A stretch of DNA of 59,915 nt, filler included. It is 6 parts of 6 records of this genome, joined end to end, with 100 filler letters (N's around TTAATTAATTAA, not from the genome) between each part and the next. Parts side by side here need not be neighbours in the genome. Positions count along the whole stretch, not along the records: positions 19,788 to 29,224 come from SRR31156797_24097; positions 29,325 to 41,663 come from SRR31156797_24104; 4 more parts are not named here. One strand, given 5' to 3'. Positions 22,575 through 32,532 of this stretch are shown here, in pieces (position 1 is the first letter of the stretch; every line of letters begins with the position of its first letter). A program made the position numbers and the translations under genes. Below the pieces are notes generated by a model. It ran no database searches. It was given only the letters and a program-made list of their open reading frames with translations, and had not been told where the DNA came from.

Positions 22575-23807
22575 TTATTTTTTGAGGTCCTCGAGCCTGG
22601 CCTGTGCTTCGTCCAGGTAGGTCTTGTCGACGGCACCGCGCTTCAGGATCAGCTCCTGGAAGGCATCATCATAGACCTGCTTAACAGCGCCCCATGATGT
22701 GTAGTCACCTCCGGGAACACCGGAGACGACGCCGTTCTTCAACACGTGGATACCCTTGCCGATGATCTCGTCCTCAAGGGATTCTCCCAGTTTATCGATG
22801 GCTTCGTCGATGGGAGGAATGAAGCCGCCGGTTCCCCGGGCGATGCGGACAGCCATCTCGGGTTCGGTCATATATTCAATGAATTTGACCGCAAGCTCCT
22901 CGTTCGGGGCTCCGTTGACAACGGCGAAACCGCTGGTTCCGGCAATGGAACCGATGCCCTCGGGACCCTTGGGGGCGGGAGCCAGGACGTAGCCGGAGGG
23001 ATTGGACTTATAGGCCTCTCCACAACGGACCATATGGGCTACGGTCAGCCAGGCTTCTCCGGATTTCATGGGAGAGGAGACGTTGTCGTAGGTGTTGACT
23101 GTGGGGGTGTAGGCGTTCTTCATGTTGGCCAGCAGTTCCCAGGCTTTTACAGCGCCGGGAGAGTTGATGACGGGGAACTCCCCGCCGTAGGAGAGGAACA
23201 TGCCGCCGTACATATAGATCAGGGATTTCATGGGGACGCCGGTTACCGCTGTCTTTCCCTCGCCTTCGCCTTCGGCGATGGCCACGGCCCAGTTCACATA
23301 CTCTTCCCAGCTCAGATCCTGCACATCCGCAGCTGCGGGGAGGTAGGGCATGGCCTTCTTGTTGGCCAGCAGAAGGTAGACATCGCCGCCGACGGGAGCG
23401 AAGTAGGTCTTACCGTTCATGGAGATGCTTTCATCGAAGGCCTTGGAGAAGGTTCTGTCGGTCCACTCCTCCACGGGAAGAGGAACCACATAATCACTGT
23501 TGACCCATTCAGCCATCCGTCCCGCATGGGCTATGACGACATCGGTGTTGATCCGTCCCGACTCCTTCTGGAAAGCCGCTCTCTTGAGGAGAGGATCGTC
23601 CTCCATGATCTCGAACATGATGATACAGTCATTTTCTTCCTCGAACTCCGGAAAGATCTCGTCGATCAGGAACTGCTGTTCTCCGGGCTGGGAGTAGAGA
23701 CGGGATGAGACGACCAGTTTCGTGGGCCCCCCTTCCTCACTCTGTCCGCCGGCAAATACGCTGACCGCCAGCAGAACCGTAAGGACTGTTAAACAGATTT
23801 TTTTCAT
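22575..23807 (-). CDS. Sugar ABC transporter substrate-binding protein (SBP family 1)
   Basis: Signal peptide ending SVFAGGQSE (spirochaete-like); SBP motif A.KFIEYM; first gene of the ABC operon; GGAGG RBS. Confidence 0.88.
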   Translation of the reverse strand: MKKICLTVLTVLLAVSVFAGGQSEEGGPTKLVVSSRLYSQPGEQQFLIDEIFPEFEEENDCIIMFEIMEDDPLLKRAAFQKESGRINTDVVIAHAGRMAEWVNSDYVVPLPVEEWTDRTFSKAFDESISMNGKTYFAPVGGDVYLLLANKKAMPYLPAAADVQDLSWEEYVNWAVAIAEGEGEGKTAVTGVPMKSLIYMYGGMFLSYGGEFPVINSPGAVKAWELLANMKNAYTPTVNTYDNVSSPMKSGEAWLTVAHMVRCGEAYKSNPSGYVLAPAPKGPEGIGSIAGTSGFAVVNGAPNEELAVKFIEYMTEPEMAVRIARGTGGFIPPIDEAIDKLGESLEDEIIGKGIHVLKNGVVSGVPGGDYTSWGAVKQVYDDAFQELILKRGAVDKTYLDEAQARLEDLKK

Positions 23808-23856
23808 TACAAAACCTCCATTCAGATTTGTCGCATTTCATTTACTCTAGTCCAGA

Positions 23857-23876
23857 AAACATGACATGTCAAGTTT
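23857..23876. promoter_or_regulatory. Candidate operator palindrome
   Basis: AAACATGACATGTCAAGTTT, a near-perfect 20-bp dyad between the divergent SBP and GntR genes. Confidence 0.55.
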
Positions 23877-23987
23877 GAATTTAATAACTGTTATTTGCTT
23901 TAGTTGATATGTTATGTTTTGAGATTTTGATTTGACTTGACTTGTGATGTCAGTCGGAATAAAGTACTATTTTCGGCAGGAGATATT

Positions 23988-25091
23988 ATGGCAATTCCCG
24001 CATATCAGAGGATTATCCAGGCGATTCAGCAGTGGATTCAGAAGGGCGACTACAAAAAGGATGAGAAGCTTCCCTCGGAAGCCCGGCTCATGGAGGAGTT
24101 TTCAACCTCAAGAATCACCGTAACAAGGGCTCTGAAGGAGCTGGAGCTTAAAGGAGTCATCTACCGTGTCAAAGGAAAGGGTTCCTTTGTCGCTGCCATA
24201 CAGAGCCATCGCCAGAATGAGAATAGAATCATCTCGCTGGTACTTCCCCATAAGGCGGATTTCTTTTCGGGAGGTCAACAGTACTCCCGGAAGATTGCCA
24301 GCTGCTGTCGGGATTTCGGTTATCTGTGCAGCCTTCACTACTCGGATCAGTCCATCAGCAGAGAGAAAAAGATCCTCCAGGAGATCGCGGCCCATAATGT
24401 CGCCGGTGCGATTATCTATCCCATCAGCAATCGGAATATATCTTCACTGAGCCTGATGAGTATTCAGGGCTTTCCCATGGTCATGCTGGACCGCAGCCTG
24501 GATGAGCTCTCCCTTCCCGTGGTTACATCCGATAACTTCAAGGGAGCCTATGACGCCGTGTCTTATCTCACCGGTAAGGGACATAAGAGTATCGGTTTCG
24601 TGGGCGCCAATGATTCGGATGTTGTGACTCAGAGGTACAAGGGCTACTGCCGTGCCCTGACGGACAGCAGGATTCCTGTGGATCGGGAGCTGATTGTGAC
24701 GGAGTTTGCCGAAACCGAAGAGGATCAGCAGAGCATGCTCCATGAGGAGGAGGCGCTCAGGCTGCTGAAAGATCTTATCGGCAAAGGGATCTCCGCCCTG
24801 TTCTGCGTCAACGATCTGATTGCCTACCGTCTGCTCTTCGCCGCAGAGAAACTCGGCATAAGGCTGCCCGATGAGCTCTCCCTTGTGGGATTCGACAATA
24901 TGAGATACCTGGCCGATACCTCATGGAGGCTGACTACGGTGGCCCAGGATTTTGAAACGATTGCCAGGGAAAGCGTCTCCATTCTGATCGATATGATAGA
25001 GAAAGGGGAGGAGGGGGCCGACAGGAGTCTTGTCGTCCCCACCAGGCTTATCGAGGGGAATACGGTTGCAAACTATATTTCGAGTAACTAA
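23988..25091 (+). CDS. GntR-HTH / LacI-type sensor transcriptional regulator (AraR-like architecture)
   Basis: KLPSEARLMEEFSTSRITVTRALKEL...R..GKGSFV, followed by a periplasmic-binding-like domain (DNFKGAY, FCVND, SLVGFDN, LTTVAQ). Start at ATG 23988 after GGAGA. Confidence 0.92.
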   Translation: MAIPAYQRIIQAIQQWIQKGDYKKDEKLPSEARLMEEFSTSRITVTRALKELELKGVIYRVKGKGSFVAAIQSHRQNENRIISLVLPHKADFFSGGQQYSRKIASCCRDFGYLCSLHYSDQSISREKKILQEIAAHNVAGAIIYPISNRNISSLSLMSIQGFPMVMLDRSLDELSLPVVTSDNFKGAYDAVSYLTGKGHKSIGFVGANDSDVVTQRYKGYCRALTDSRIPVDRELIVTEFAETEEDQQSMLHEEEALRLLKDLIGKGISALFCVNDLIAYRLLFAAEKLGIRLPDELSLVGFDNMRYLADTSWRLTTVAQDFETIARESVSILIDMIEKGEEGADRSLVVPTRLIEGNTVANYISSN

Positions 25092-25287
25092 GAACAGGAT
25101 GGACGGATCCATAATTCTTCCCATATTGTAAGAAACGAAGAAAGCTATTGAAGCTGATCCAATCTTATCTATGTAAAAATCTTTAGAATAAATAGCCCTG
25201 TCCCTGACAGTTACTACTGAGCATCGCATGGCAATAATTACTTCTTTCGCTAATCAAATCGTACAGGGTCCCGTACTTGGAACGCCT

Positions 25288-26199
25288 TTAATAATCAGGT
25301 GATCTCTCAGTTTTCTTTAACTTGAGGATCTCTATATCCATCTCTGATATAAGAATGGTGACCATAATGACAGATCCCCCGAGGATCATGGCGCGAGTCA
25401 TGGGCTCCAGCCCCAGAAGGACAGAGAAAAAGCTTCCGAACAGACATTCTGTGGACAGGAAAATGGCCGCCTTCGTGGAGCTGGTTCTCTTTTGCGCATT
25501 GGTTTGGATGAGAAAGCAGAGGCTGGTGCTGAACAGGCCCAGGTACAATGCCGGAAGAAGTCCCGCTGAGATATCTGCTGACGTGATCGATGAAGGGTCG
25601 AAACTGAGAAGAGACAGAAGGGCGGCGATCAGCATCTGAATAAAGGTGAGCTTGGATACCTCGATTTTTTTCGAGGCGATATCAAGATAGGAGATATGGC
25701 CTGCGAAAAGGACCGCGCAGGCAAGGGTGTACAGGTCTCCCCTGTTAAAGTGGATGCCCTTTCCGGGGGCCCAGGTGAGAACTGCGATGCCTGCAAAACA
25801 GGCCATCGCAAGCAGGAACGATTTAAGGCGGGGAGCCTTTCTGTGCAGCATCCACGAAATGAAGGGGACCATGATTACATTGGTGGATGTTATAAAGGCG
25901 TTGTTTGAAGGAGTTGTGTGCTCGAGTCCTATGGTTTGTGCGAAGAACGCCAGGAAAAGGAGTACCCCTGCGGGGAATCCGGTCATCAACTCCCGGCGGT
26001 TGATCGTCTTCACCTTTTTGAAGAATATCAATCCCAGAGAAATGGCCGCTATGGAGAAACGCAACGCCATGATCAGACTGGAGCTCATACCGCTGTCGAT
26101 GGCGTACTGGGTCGCTATGAAACCCGATCCCCATATCGCCGCAACGATAAATAGCGACAGGTCTGCCGTGAGGGTTCTGTTTTTTATAGAGTCATTCAT
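25288..26199 (-). CDS. DMT/EamA family transporter
   Basis: About 10 TM helices; IWGSGF, RFSIA, QTIGL, GDLYTL; ATGA overlap with MATE. Confidence 0.9.
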   Translation of the reverse strand: MNDSIKNRTLTADLSLFIVAAIWGSGFIATQYAIDSGMSSSLIMALRFSIAAISLGLIFFKKVKTINRRELMTGFPAGVLLFLAFFAQTIGLEHTTPSNNAFITSTNVIMVPFISWMLHRKAPRLKSFLLAMACFAGIAVLTWAPGKGIHFNRGDLYTLACAVLFAGHISYLDIASKKIEVSKLTFIQMLIAALLSLLSFDPSSITSADISAGLLPALYLGLFSTSLCFLIQTNAQKRTSSTKAAIFLSTECLFGSFFSVLLGLEPMTRAMILGGSVIMVTILISEMDIEILKLKKTERSPDY

Positions 26200-27578
26200 A
26201 TGGAATTTTCTCCTTTCGAAAGTCTCAGTCCCGCATTGGTGCCCATTCCCTTTCTATTCATTCTTTTGTAGTAAAGGACGCTGAGGATGTACCGGGTTAT
26301 CTGGTCCAGGGCAATGCAGAGCCAGATGGATAGGATACTCCAGTGTAGGACATAGGCCGCGAGGAAGGCCAGGGGAAGCCTGATCCCCCAGATCCCTATG
26401 CCGGCGATGTACATGGGCAGCCTGGGGCGTCCGGCGGCCCTTATGGTACCGTTATAGATCCTGGAAAGATTTTGAGGGATCTGAATAAAACCCATAACGA
26501 AGACATAGACTCTTCCAATGGATTTCAACTCCGGTTTGTCCGTCATCATTGTCATGAACTGATCGGGGAATAGGATTAAGAGAAAGGAGGTTCCTATGCT
26601 GATCATAAGGGAAAGACGGATGAGGTGCTTGAAGTAGGCTCTGCCCAGTGCCGGATCTTTCATTCCTATGGCCTTGCCGGTCAGGGTGGTCGCGGCGATA
26701 CCGAATCCGATGGCCGGCATCTCCGTTATCGTTTCAGCCTGTATTCCCAGCTGATAGGCCGCAAAGGGGAGCTGGCCGTATGACAGGATTATCCTGCTGA
26801 GGATAATGGCTGAGAACTGCCAGAACATGCTTTCGAACGAGGCGGGGAGCCCGATGTGGTAGATCTCGCCAATGGTTTTGCGATCCGGAACGATTGTCGA
26901 CAGGGAAAAAGATTGGCGGTAAAGGAGGCCTGTGGGTCTGTAGAGAAGGTAGAGCCCTGTAATCGCCCCCGTGCCCTGTGATAGCACGAGGGCCAGTGCG
27001 GCGCCTCTGATTCCCAGGGCGGGACAGGCTCCGAGTCCGAAGATCAGTATCCTTCCAAAGCTTATGTTCACAAGATTGACCAGGAGAGCGATAAACATTG
27101 GTGTTCTGGTGTCTCCATGGCCTTGAAAAGCGGCGGTAACGATTTGCATGGATATGACACAGGGAAAACCGAATATAATAATGCCCAGAAACTTTTGAGC
27201 CTGCTCGAGGACCTCCGGAGTATGCGTGAAAAACCGGAGGAACGGGAGGGGAAACAGACTCAGGACCAGGGCGAACATTAGGGACAGGGGAATCGCGGTC
27301 AGGAATGTCTGAGAAATGATTCGCCTCCCTTTTTCCGATCTCCCCTCGCCGTAAGCCCTGGCGACCAGAACGGTCGCTCCGATACCGATCCCTTTGTAGA
27401 GGCACCAGAGGGTGTCGGTGAGGCGCAGGCATATGCCCTGACCCGATATGTCCGCCGGCGTCAGGCGCCCTGTCATCGCTGTTGAGATGATTCCTGCAGA
27501 GATCTGGAGAATGTTCTCCAGAATGATCGGCAGAATGAGCAGGATTATTTCCTTCCTGATTTGTGTTTCTTTTTTCAA
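26196..27578 (-). CDS. MATE family efflux transporter
   Basis: About 12 TM helices; G.GDTRTPM, N.VNI, LGIRGAALA, IGLPASFE; TTG start. Confidence 0.9.
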   Translation of the reverse strand: MKKETQIRKEIILLILPIILENILQISAGIISTAMTGRLTPADISGQGICLRLTDTLWCLYKGIGIGATVLVARAYGEGRSEKGRRIISQTFLTAIPLSLMFALVLSLFPLPFLRFFTHTPEVLEQAQKFLGIIIFGFPCVISMQIVTAAFQGHGDTRTPMFIALLVNLVNISFGRILIFGLGACPALGIRGAALALVLSQGTGAITGLYLLYRPTGLLYRQSFSLSTIVPDRKTIGEIYHIGLPASFESMFWQFSAIILSRIILSYGQLPFAAYQLGIQAETITEMPAIGFGIAATTLTGKAIGMKDPALGRAYFKHLIRLSLMISIGTSFLLILFPDQFMTMMTDKPELKSIGRVYVFVMGFIQIPQNLSRIYNGTIRAAGRPRLPMYIAGIGIWGIRLPLAFLAAYVLHWSILSIWLCIALDQITRYILSVLYYKRMNRKGMGTNAGLRLSKGENSI

Positions 27579-27596
27579 TGGGAATCCTTATCGGAA

Positions 27597-27622
27597 AGCG
27601 GACTACCTCGGGGTAGTCCGCT
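27597..27622. terminator. Hairpin between the SBP and MATE genes
   Basis: AGCGGACTACC-TCGG-GGTAGTCCGCT, perfect 11-bp stem with only a short T run on the minus strand. Confidence 0.5.
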
Positions 27623-27649
27623 GATGAAGCATTTAGACGAATTGGAAGG

Positions 27650-28930
27650 TCAGTTTCCGAATTTTGCGCTCAGTTCATTCTGCAGGTCATTCATGGTCGT
27701 TTCCACGCTTTCGCCCTTCAGGAGTACCTTCGCTACGGCGTTCTTGGACAGATCCAGAGTTTCCGCAAAGTTCTGAGTATAGTTAACGATGGGTATGCTC
27801 TTTCCGATTTCATTAAATACGGCGTAAACCTTTTGTCCTCCGAAGAAATCGTCGCCCTGCAGGAAGATGTCTTCACTGTATACAGGGATATAAGAGGGAT
27901 AGAGTCCGTAGTTCTTGAAGCCCTGAACCAGAGACGCCTTATCGGTCATAGCAAACTCGGCGAATGCGGCAGCCGCTTCCGGATACTTCGTGACCGAGGG
28001 GATCGCCAGGACGGAGCCTCCGTTGGATGAGCCGTTTCTGGTGTTTTCGTCAAAACCGGGCAGAGGCATTACCCTCCATTTGCCGGCCGTATCGGGAGCG
28101 GAGTCCTTGATGGTGCCGATTAGCCATACCGCTTCGGGAACCGTTGCGACCTTCCCGTCCTTGATGGAGATGACATAGTCGTCCCAACTGCCGTCGTTTA
28201 CAGTGATGTCTGCATCGTATATCTTCTTGACCATCTCCATGGCGCGAATGGATTCATCCGAGTTTACCTGCGTTTTTCCCGACTCGTCAAAGTAAAAACT
28301 GTTGAGCTGCATCATCAGTAGGCGGTAGAACGTGTCCTTCCGGGATGTGGCCAGAGGCATCATGGCCACCCCTGTTTTTTGTTTCAGCTCCCGACCGGAT
28401 CGGATGAAATCGTCCCATGTCTTTATTCCCTCGGCATCGATGCCCGCTTCATTGAAAATATCAGTTCTGTAATAAAGACCGCAGGGACCGGCATCCCAGG
28501 GGAAGGCTATGATCTTTCCGTTGGAAGTGCATTCCCCTATCTTAACGGGAAGAAAATCGGATGCTTTGACCCGGTTCGTCAGATCCATGAATTTACCGGG
28601 AAACTTAGTGCCGAACTTTGTCATTTGCTCCCCTTCCAGGGAGACCAGGTCCGGCAGGCCGATTCCCGAGGCCAGGGATGTGGTCATCTTGTTGTAGATC
28701 TGCTTCGTTCCCATCTCCTCAAAAGTGAAGCTGACATCCGGAAACTGCTCCTGAAAGGCCGGAGAGCTTTCCTGAAGATGGGCAAGCGCCACATCCCAGC
28801 TCCAGACGATGAGGTCGCCTTCAACCTTTCCACTCTTCTCTGCGGTGGCAGAGCTCTCTGTTTTGCCGCAGCCCGTCATTAAGGCCAGAGCCGTCAGCAA
28901 AACAACCAATGGTGAAATCCTTTTTTTCAT
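27650..28930 (-). CDS. Sugar ABC transporter substrate-binding lipoprotein
   Basis: Lipobox MTG-C; VWSW, GLPDL, PWDAGP..LYYR.DIF, NGGS.LAIP; AGGAGG RBS. Confidence 0.9.
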   Translation of the reverse strand: MKKRISPLVVLLTALALMTGCGKTESSATAEKSGKVEGDLIVWSWDVALAHLQESSPAFQEQFPDVSFTFEEMGTKQIYNKMTTSLASGIGLPDLVSLEGEQMTKFGTKFPGKFMDLTNRVKASDFLPVKIGECTSNGKIIAFPWDAGPCGLYYRTDIFNEAGIDAEGIKTWDDFIRSGRELKQKTGVAMMPLATSRKDTFYRLLMMQLNSFYFDESGKTQVNSDESIRAMEMVKKIYDADITVNDGSWDDYVISIKDGKVATVPEAVWLIGTIKDSAPDTAGKWRVMPLPGFDENTRNGSSNGGSVLAIPSVTKYPEAAAAFAEFAMTDKASLVQGFKNYGLYPSYIPVYSEDIFLQGDDFFGGQKVYAVFNEIGKSIPIVNYTQNFAETLDLSKNAVAKVLLKGESVETTMNDLQNELSAKFGN

Positions 28931-28993
28931 TTCGTCCTCCTGTTTGATAACAGATACAATTGCCTGATGTCTCTCCGGATACGGGGGACATCT

Positions 28994-29224
28994 TTATTCT
29001 TTTACGGCTCCTCCCATGACCCCTGATATAAACTGATTCTGCAGTATCAGAAATATGATCAGGATAGGAAGGGTCGCAATCGACGTTGCCAGCATGATCA
29101 CGCCATAGTCCTTTCTCCATATATTGCCGTCCAGCATGGAAAGAGCCACGGGGAAGTTGTACATGCTTTTTGTGCTCAGGATGATCAGAGGCCACATGAA
29201 GCTGTTCCACATGCTCAGGAACAT
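28994..29224 (-). CDS. Carbohydrate ABC permease (MalG-like), C-terminal fragment
   Basis: WNSFMWPLI...LPILIIFLILQNQFISG...GAVKE; truncated by the linker. Confidence 0.88.
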   Translation of the reverse strand: MFLSMWNSFMWPLIILSTKSMYNFPVALSMLDGNIWRKDYGVIMLATSIATLPILIIFLILQNQFISGVMGGAVKE

Positions 29225-29324
29225 NNNNNNNNNNNNNNNNNNNNNNNNNNNNNNNNNNNNNNNNNNNNTTAATTAATTAANNNNNNNNNNNNNNNNNNNN
29301 NNNNNNNNNNNNNNNNNNNNNNNN
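29225..29324. other. Artificial contig linker
   Basis: N44-TTAATTAATTAA-N44. Confidence 0.98.
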
Positions 29325-30200
29325 GGCCAGGGCCTCTTCATAGGCGGCCCGGGCCACCCCCACGAACATGGCGCCGATGGCCGCGTTGGCCGTGGAGAGG
29401 GTGATGTCCAGCATGGCTTCATAGCTCTCCGGGTCCACCAGCATGTACTCGTCGGGGATGCGCACTCCGTCAAAGAAGAGCTCGCCCTGGTTCAAGGCCC
29501 GCTGGCCCAGCTTGTCCAGGGGCCGTCCCCGTTTGACCCCGGGAAGCTCCAGGGGAACGATGCAGATGCCGCCCCCGGACATGCCTTTACTACCGTCGAT
29601 GGTCGGGTACAGCAGGCAGTGGGTGGCAATGGTCCCGTTGGACACCCAGGCCGCCTTCTGGCCGTTGATCACCCATCCATTCCCCTCCTTTTGGGCGGTT
29701 ACCTGGCCCGTGATTTCCGGATCCCTGAACTGGGGGGTGAAGGGGCAGAGGGTGTCCGTGCCGTGGTCCGGCTCGGTGATGCCCCAGCACCCGATAAAGG
29801 AGGCGTCCCTGTTTTCGCAAAAGGGCAGGATGATCTCGTCCACAAGCCGTTCACTGGGAACCATGGCGGCAAAAAAGGCGGGAAAGCAGGAAGCGCCCAG
29901 GGCCACGGCAAAATCCACGCTGCCCCAGCCCAACTCCTCAAAGATGATCTGGGTCTCCAGGGGATCGGTGCCAAGCCCCCCCCAGGCGTCGGGCATGAGC
30001 ACCGTGTGATACCCGAGCTCATAGCCCTTTCTCAGGGTCGAGTGGAACAGGGGACTGTCAATCACCGCCTGGGGATCGTGGAGCTTGTCCAGCTCAAGGC
30101 TGGCCGGCCGGAGCACCTCGCCGGCAAACCGCCGGGTTTCCTCCTTGATGGCTGTCTGCTCTGGGGTGAGATCGATGTTCAAGTCTGTATAGGCTTTCAT
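29325..30200 (-). CDS. Acyl-CoA dehydrogenase, 3'-truncated
   Basis: P..WGGLG, EELGWG, WGITEPDHGTD, WVINGQKAWVSNG, KLGQRA...ELFFDGVRIP, GVARAAYE. Confidence 0.93.
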
Positions 30201-30228
30201 TCAACTCTCCTTTTACCTTGACGGGCAT

Positions 30229-31854
30229 CTAGTGTTTATGGTCGTCCAAACAGAAAACCGTTTCTGCTTCAGGGGTGAATTCCGATTTGAGCACCCGGGG
30301 CAGGGCCTTTTCCGAGATGGTCTTTGGGATTTCGTCCCGGACCTGGAGAAACGAGGGAATGAAGTTGGGTTCAAGGTCGTTCCGGCACTTCTCAAAGATG
30401 ACGCCGGGATCAATCTGCCGCCCGTTCAGCGGAGCCACGGCCGCCACAAGGTCGCTCTCACCGGGGGCGCCGGTGGATGCGGGAATACCGTAAACACACA
30501 CTTCCCCCACATCGGGATGCTCCCCGATGACCCGCTCGATATGGTCCGGCTGGATGAAATCCCCGGCCCGCCGGAGTTCGCTGCCCTTGCGGCACACAAA
30601 AAAGTGCCAACCCTTGTCATCCCGGTAAACCCTGTCCCCGGTACGAAGCCATCCCCCCTTGGTCTTGGCGGCGGACGCCTCCTTGTTGCCCAGGTAATCC
30701 ACCACGGTATCGCCCTTGGTCATGCGAATGATCAGCTCCCCTGTCTCTCCGGGGGGCAATTGTCCATCGTTCTCGTCCACCACCCGGAACTCCATCATGC
30801 CGGGCAATGGCTTGCCAAAGGATCCCACCGGGCCCTTTCCCGGGGGCTTGTAGGCGAATCCGCCCTCCACGGCACCGTACCACTCCAGGATTTTCAGGTT
30901 GAACCGGCGTTCGAAATCCTCCCAGATGGCGGCGGGTGTGCCCGCGCTGATCACGGTTTTCACGGGATTGTCCCCATCGTCTTCCCGGGGCAATTCATTG
31001 AAAATCCCGGCCATCATCCCCCCCAGGAGGGAGAAGGAGGTGCAGTTGTACCGCCGGCAGATCTCCCAGATCCGGCTTTTGGTGAATTTGGGACTGATCA
31101 CCGCCTTGACCCCGGTGGCGATGGCCGGGAAAAGGGTCACGGCCTGGGCATTGCCGTGGGTGAGGGACAGCCCGGTGTAGAGAATATCCTTGGGCTTGTA
31201 CTTCCACACCAGGCGGGTGAGGATGGTGAACATGCCGAACCGGTTGTTCCGTATCATCACCCCCTTGGGATCCCCGGTGGTGCCCGAGGTATAGATGATC
31301 TCCATGGGGTGTCGCACATCCATGAGGGCCTGGTCCACCCGGTCCCAGGAGGGACGGTCCAGGATTTCGTTCAAGGCGGGATAAATGCCGGGAATGGGCC
31401 CGGTATGATCCTCCGGCCAGGCCACGAACACGGTTTTGATCTCCGGCAGGTCCCCCAGAACCTCTTCCAGAATGGGAACAAGGTCATGGGACACCACCAC
31501 CGCCTTGGCCCCGGAATTGGCGAGCAGAAACCGAAGCCGGTCCCCCCGGCTCCGGGGATCCACCGGCACCATGATGGTCCCGATCACGGGACCGGCCAGC
31601 AGGGAAAGGACAAATTCGGCATGGTTCTGCATGAACACGGCAAAGGTATCCCCCTTTTCAAGGCCGGCGTCGAGGAAGGCCCGGGCGATCCTGTTGGACT
31701 TTTCGTACAAGTCCCGGTAGGTCAGGATGGTTTCGCCCTTTTCCCGGCGTTCAAACACCAGCACCTCCTTGTCCGGCAGGGAGTCGGCCTTGAGCTCGAG
31801 GAAATGGGAGACAATGGCCTGGTTCAGGTGTGCTTTGGATTTCACTGTTTTCAC
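30229..31854 (-). CDS. AMP-dependent acyl-CoA ligase (CaiC / bile acid-CoA ligase-like)
   Basis: IIYTSGTTGDPKG, EWYGAVEG, GWLRTGD and IPKTISEK adenylation motifs; GTG start after AGGAG. Confidence 0.92.
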   Translation of the reverse strand: MKTVKSKAHLNQAIVSHFLELKADSLPDKEVLVFERREKGETILTYRDLYEKSNRIARAFLDAGLEKGDTFAVFMQNHAEFVLSLLAGPVIGTIMVPVDPRSRGDRLRFLLANSGAKAVVVSHDLVPILEEVLGDLPEIKTVFVAWPEDHTGPIPGIYPALNEILDRPSWDRVDQALMDVRHPMEIIYTSGTTGDPKGVMIRNNRFGMFTILTRLVWKYKPKDILYTGLSLTHGNAQAVTLFPAIATGVKAVISPKFTKSRIWEICRRYNCTSFSLLGGMMAGIFNELPREDDGDNPVKTVISAGTPAAIWEDFERRFNLKILEWYGAVEGGFAYKPPGKGPVGSFGKPLPGMMEFRVVDENDGQLPPGETGELIIRMTKGDTVVDYLGNKEASAAKTKGGWLRTGDRVYRDDKGWHFFVCRKGSELRRAGDFIQPDHIERVIGEHPDVGEVCVYGIPASTGAPGESDLVAAVAPLNGRQIDPGVIFEKCRNDLEPNFIPSFLQVRDEIPKTISEKALPRVLKSEFTPEAETVFCLDDHKH

Positions 31855-31871
31855 CTCCTTGGGTTAAAGAT

Positions 31872-32522
31872 TTACTCCTCCACCGCGCCGATGAATCCCC
31901 TGTTGTATGTGGGAAACTCCTTGGCAAAGGTTTCGTCCCAGTGCTCCTTTGTCCAGTACTCATGGCGATCGAAATAGGGATTTTTCTTTGCGGCACTCAC
32001 GGACACCGAAATGCAGATATCCACATCCTCGATGATCTCCAGGGCCATGGCGGCAAAGGCCAGGGTGGAGAACACCCGGCAGTGGAGACCCAGGCGATGG
32101 GCCATGGATGCGGCCGCATTGGCGGCGATCCCCAGGTTGATGTTCTTGAAGAGGCAGGAGGGGCCGTTGGCGGTCAGGGATTCCACCACTTCGGCCTTGT
32201 TGAGTTCGGCGCAGGTGCGAAAACCGCAGGCCCCGCAGTTGTAGTTGAAGTCCGATTTTCGCTTGTCGCCCAGGATGAGAAGGGCGGAGGGCTCCTTGGC
32301 AACCTGGACAAGGTGCCTGCCGTCCCGTGCGGCCAGGGGCGACATGTCGCCCAAGGAGAAACAATACTCGGCGATCTGCTCCATCTCCTGGGCGTCCACG
32401 GAGATCATCCTGGGGGTGTTTCTGTTGTTGAACCGGAAGCTGTTGTGGGCCGCCATGGCGATCAGCTCCACGGAACGGTCAAAGCCATTTTGAACAAGGT
32501 CCGACATCTGTCTTACGGTCAT
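31872..32522 (-). CDS. DUF2148-like ferredoxin-motif protein (copy B)
   Basis: NCGACGFRTC...GPSCLFKNINLGIAANAA...H.LG...R...S...KNPYFDR matches my recollection of the DUF2148 consensus; AAGGAGG RBS. Confidence 0.75.
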   Translation of the reverse strand: MTVRQMSDLVQNGFDRSVELIAMAAHNSFRFNNRNTPRMISVDAQEMEQIAEYCFSLGDMSPLAARDGRHLVQVAKEPSALLILGDKRKSDFNYNCGACGFRTCAELNKAEVVESLTANGPSCLFKNINLGIAANAAASMAHRLGLHCRVFSTLAFAAMALEIIEDVDICISVSVSAAKKNPYFDRHEYWTKEHWDETFAKEFPTYNRGFIGAVEE

Positions 32523-32532
32523 GGCAACCTCC

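Noticed and set aside
22746-23708. 320-aa plus-strand ORF
   Set aside because: Antisense shadow of the SBP gene.
30232-31977. 581-aa plus-strand ORF
   Set aside because: Antisense shadow of the acyl-CoA ligase in GC-rich DNA; no motifs.
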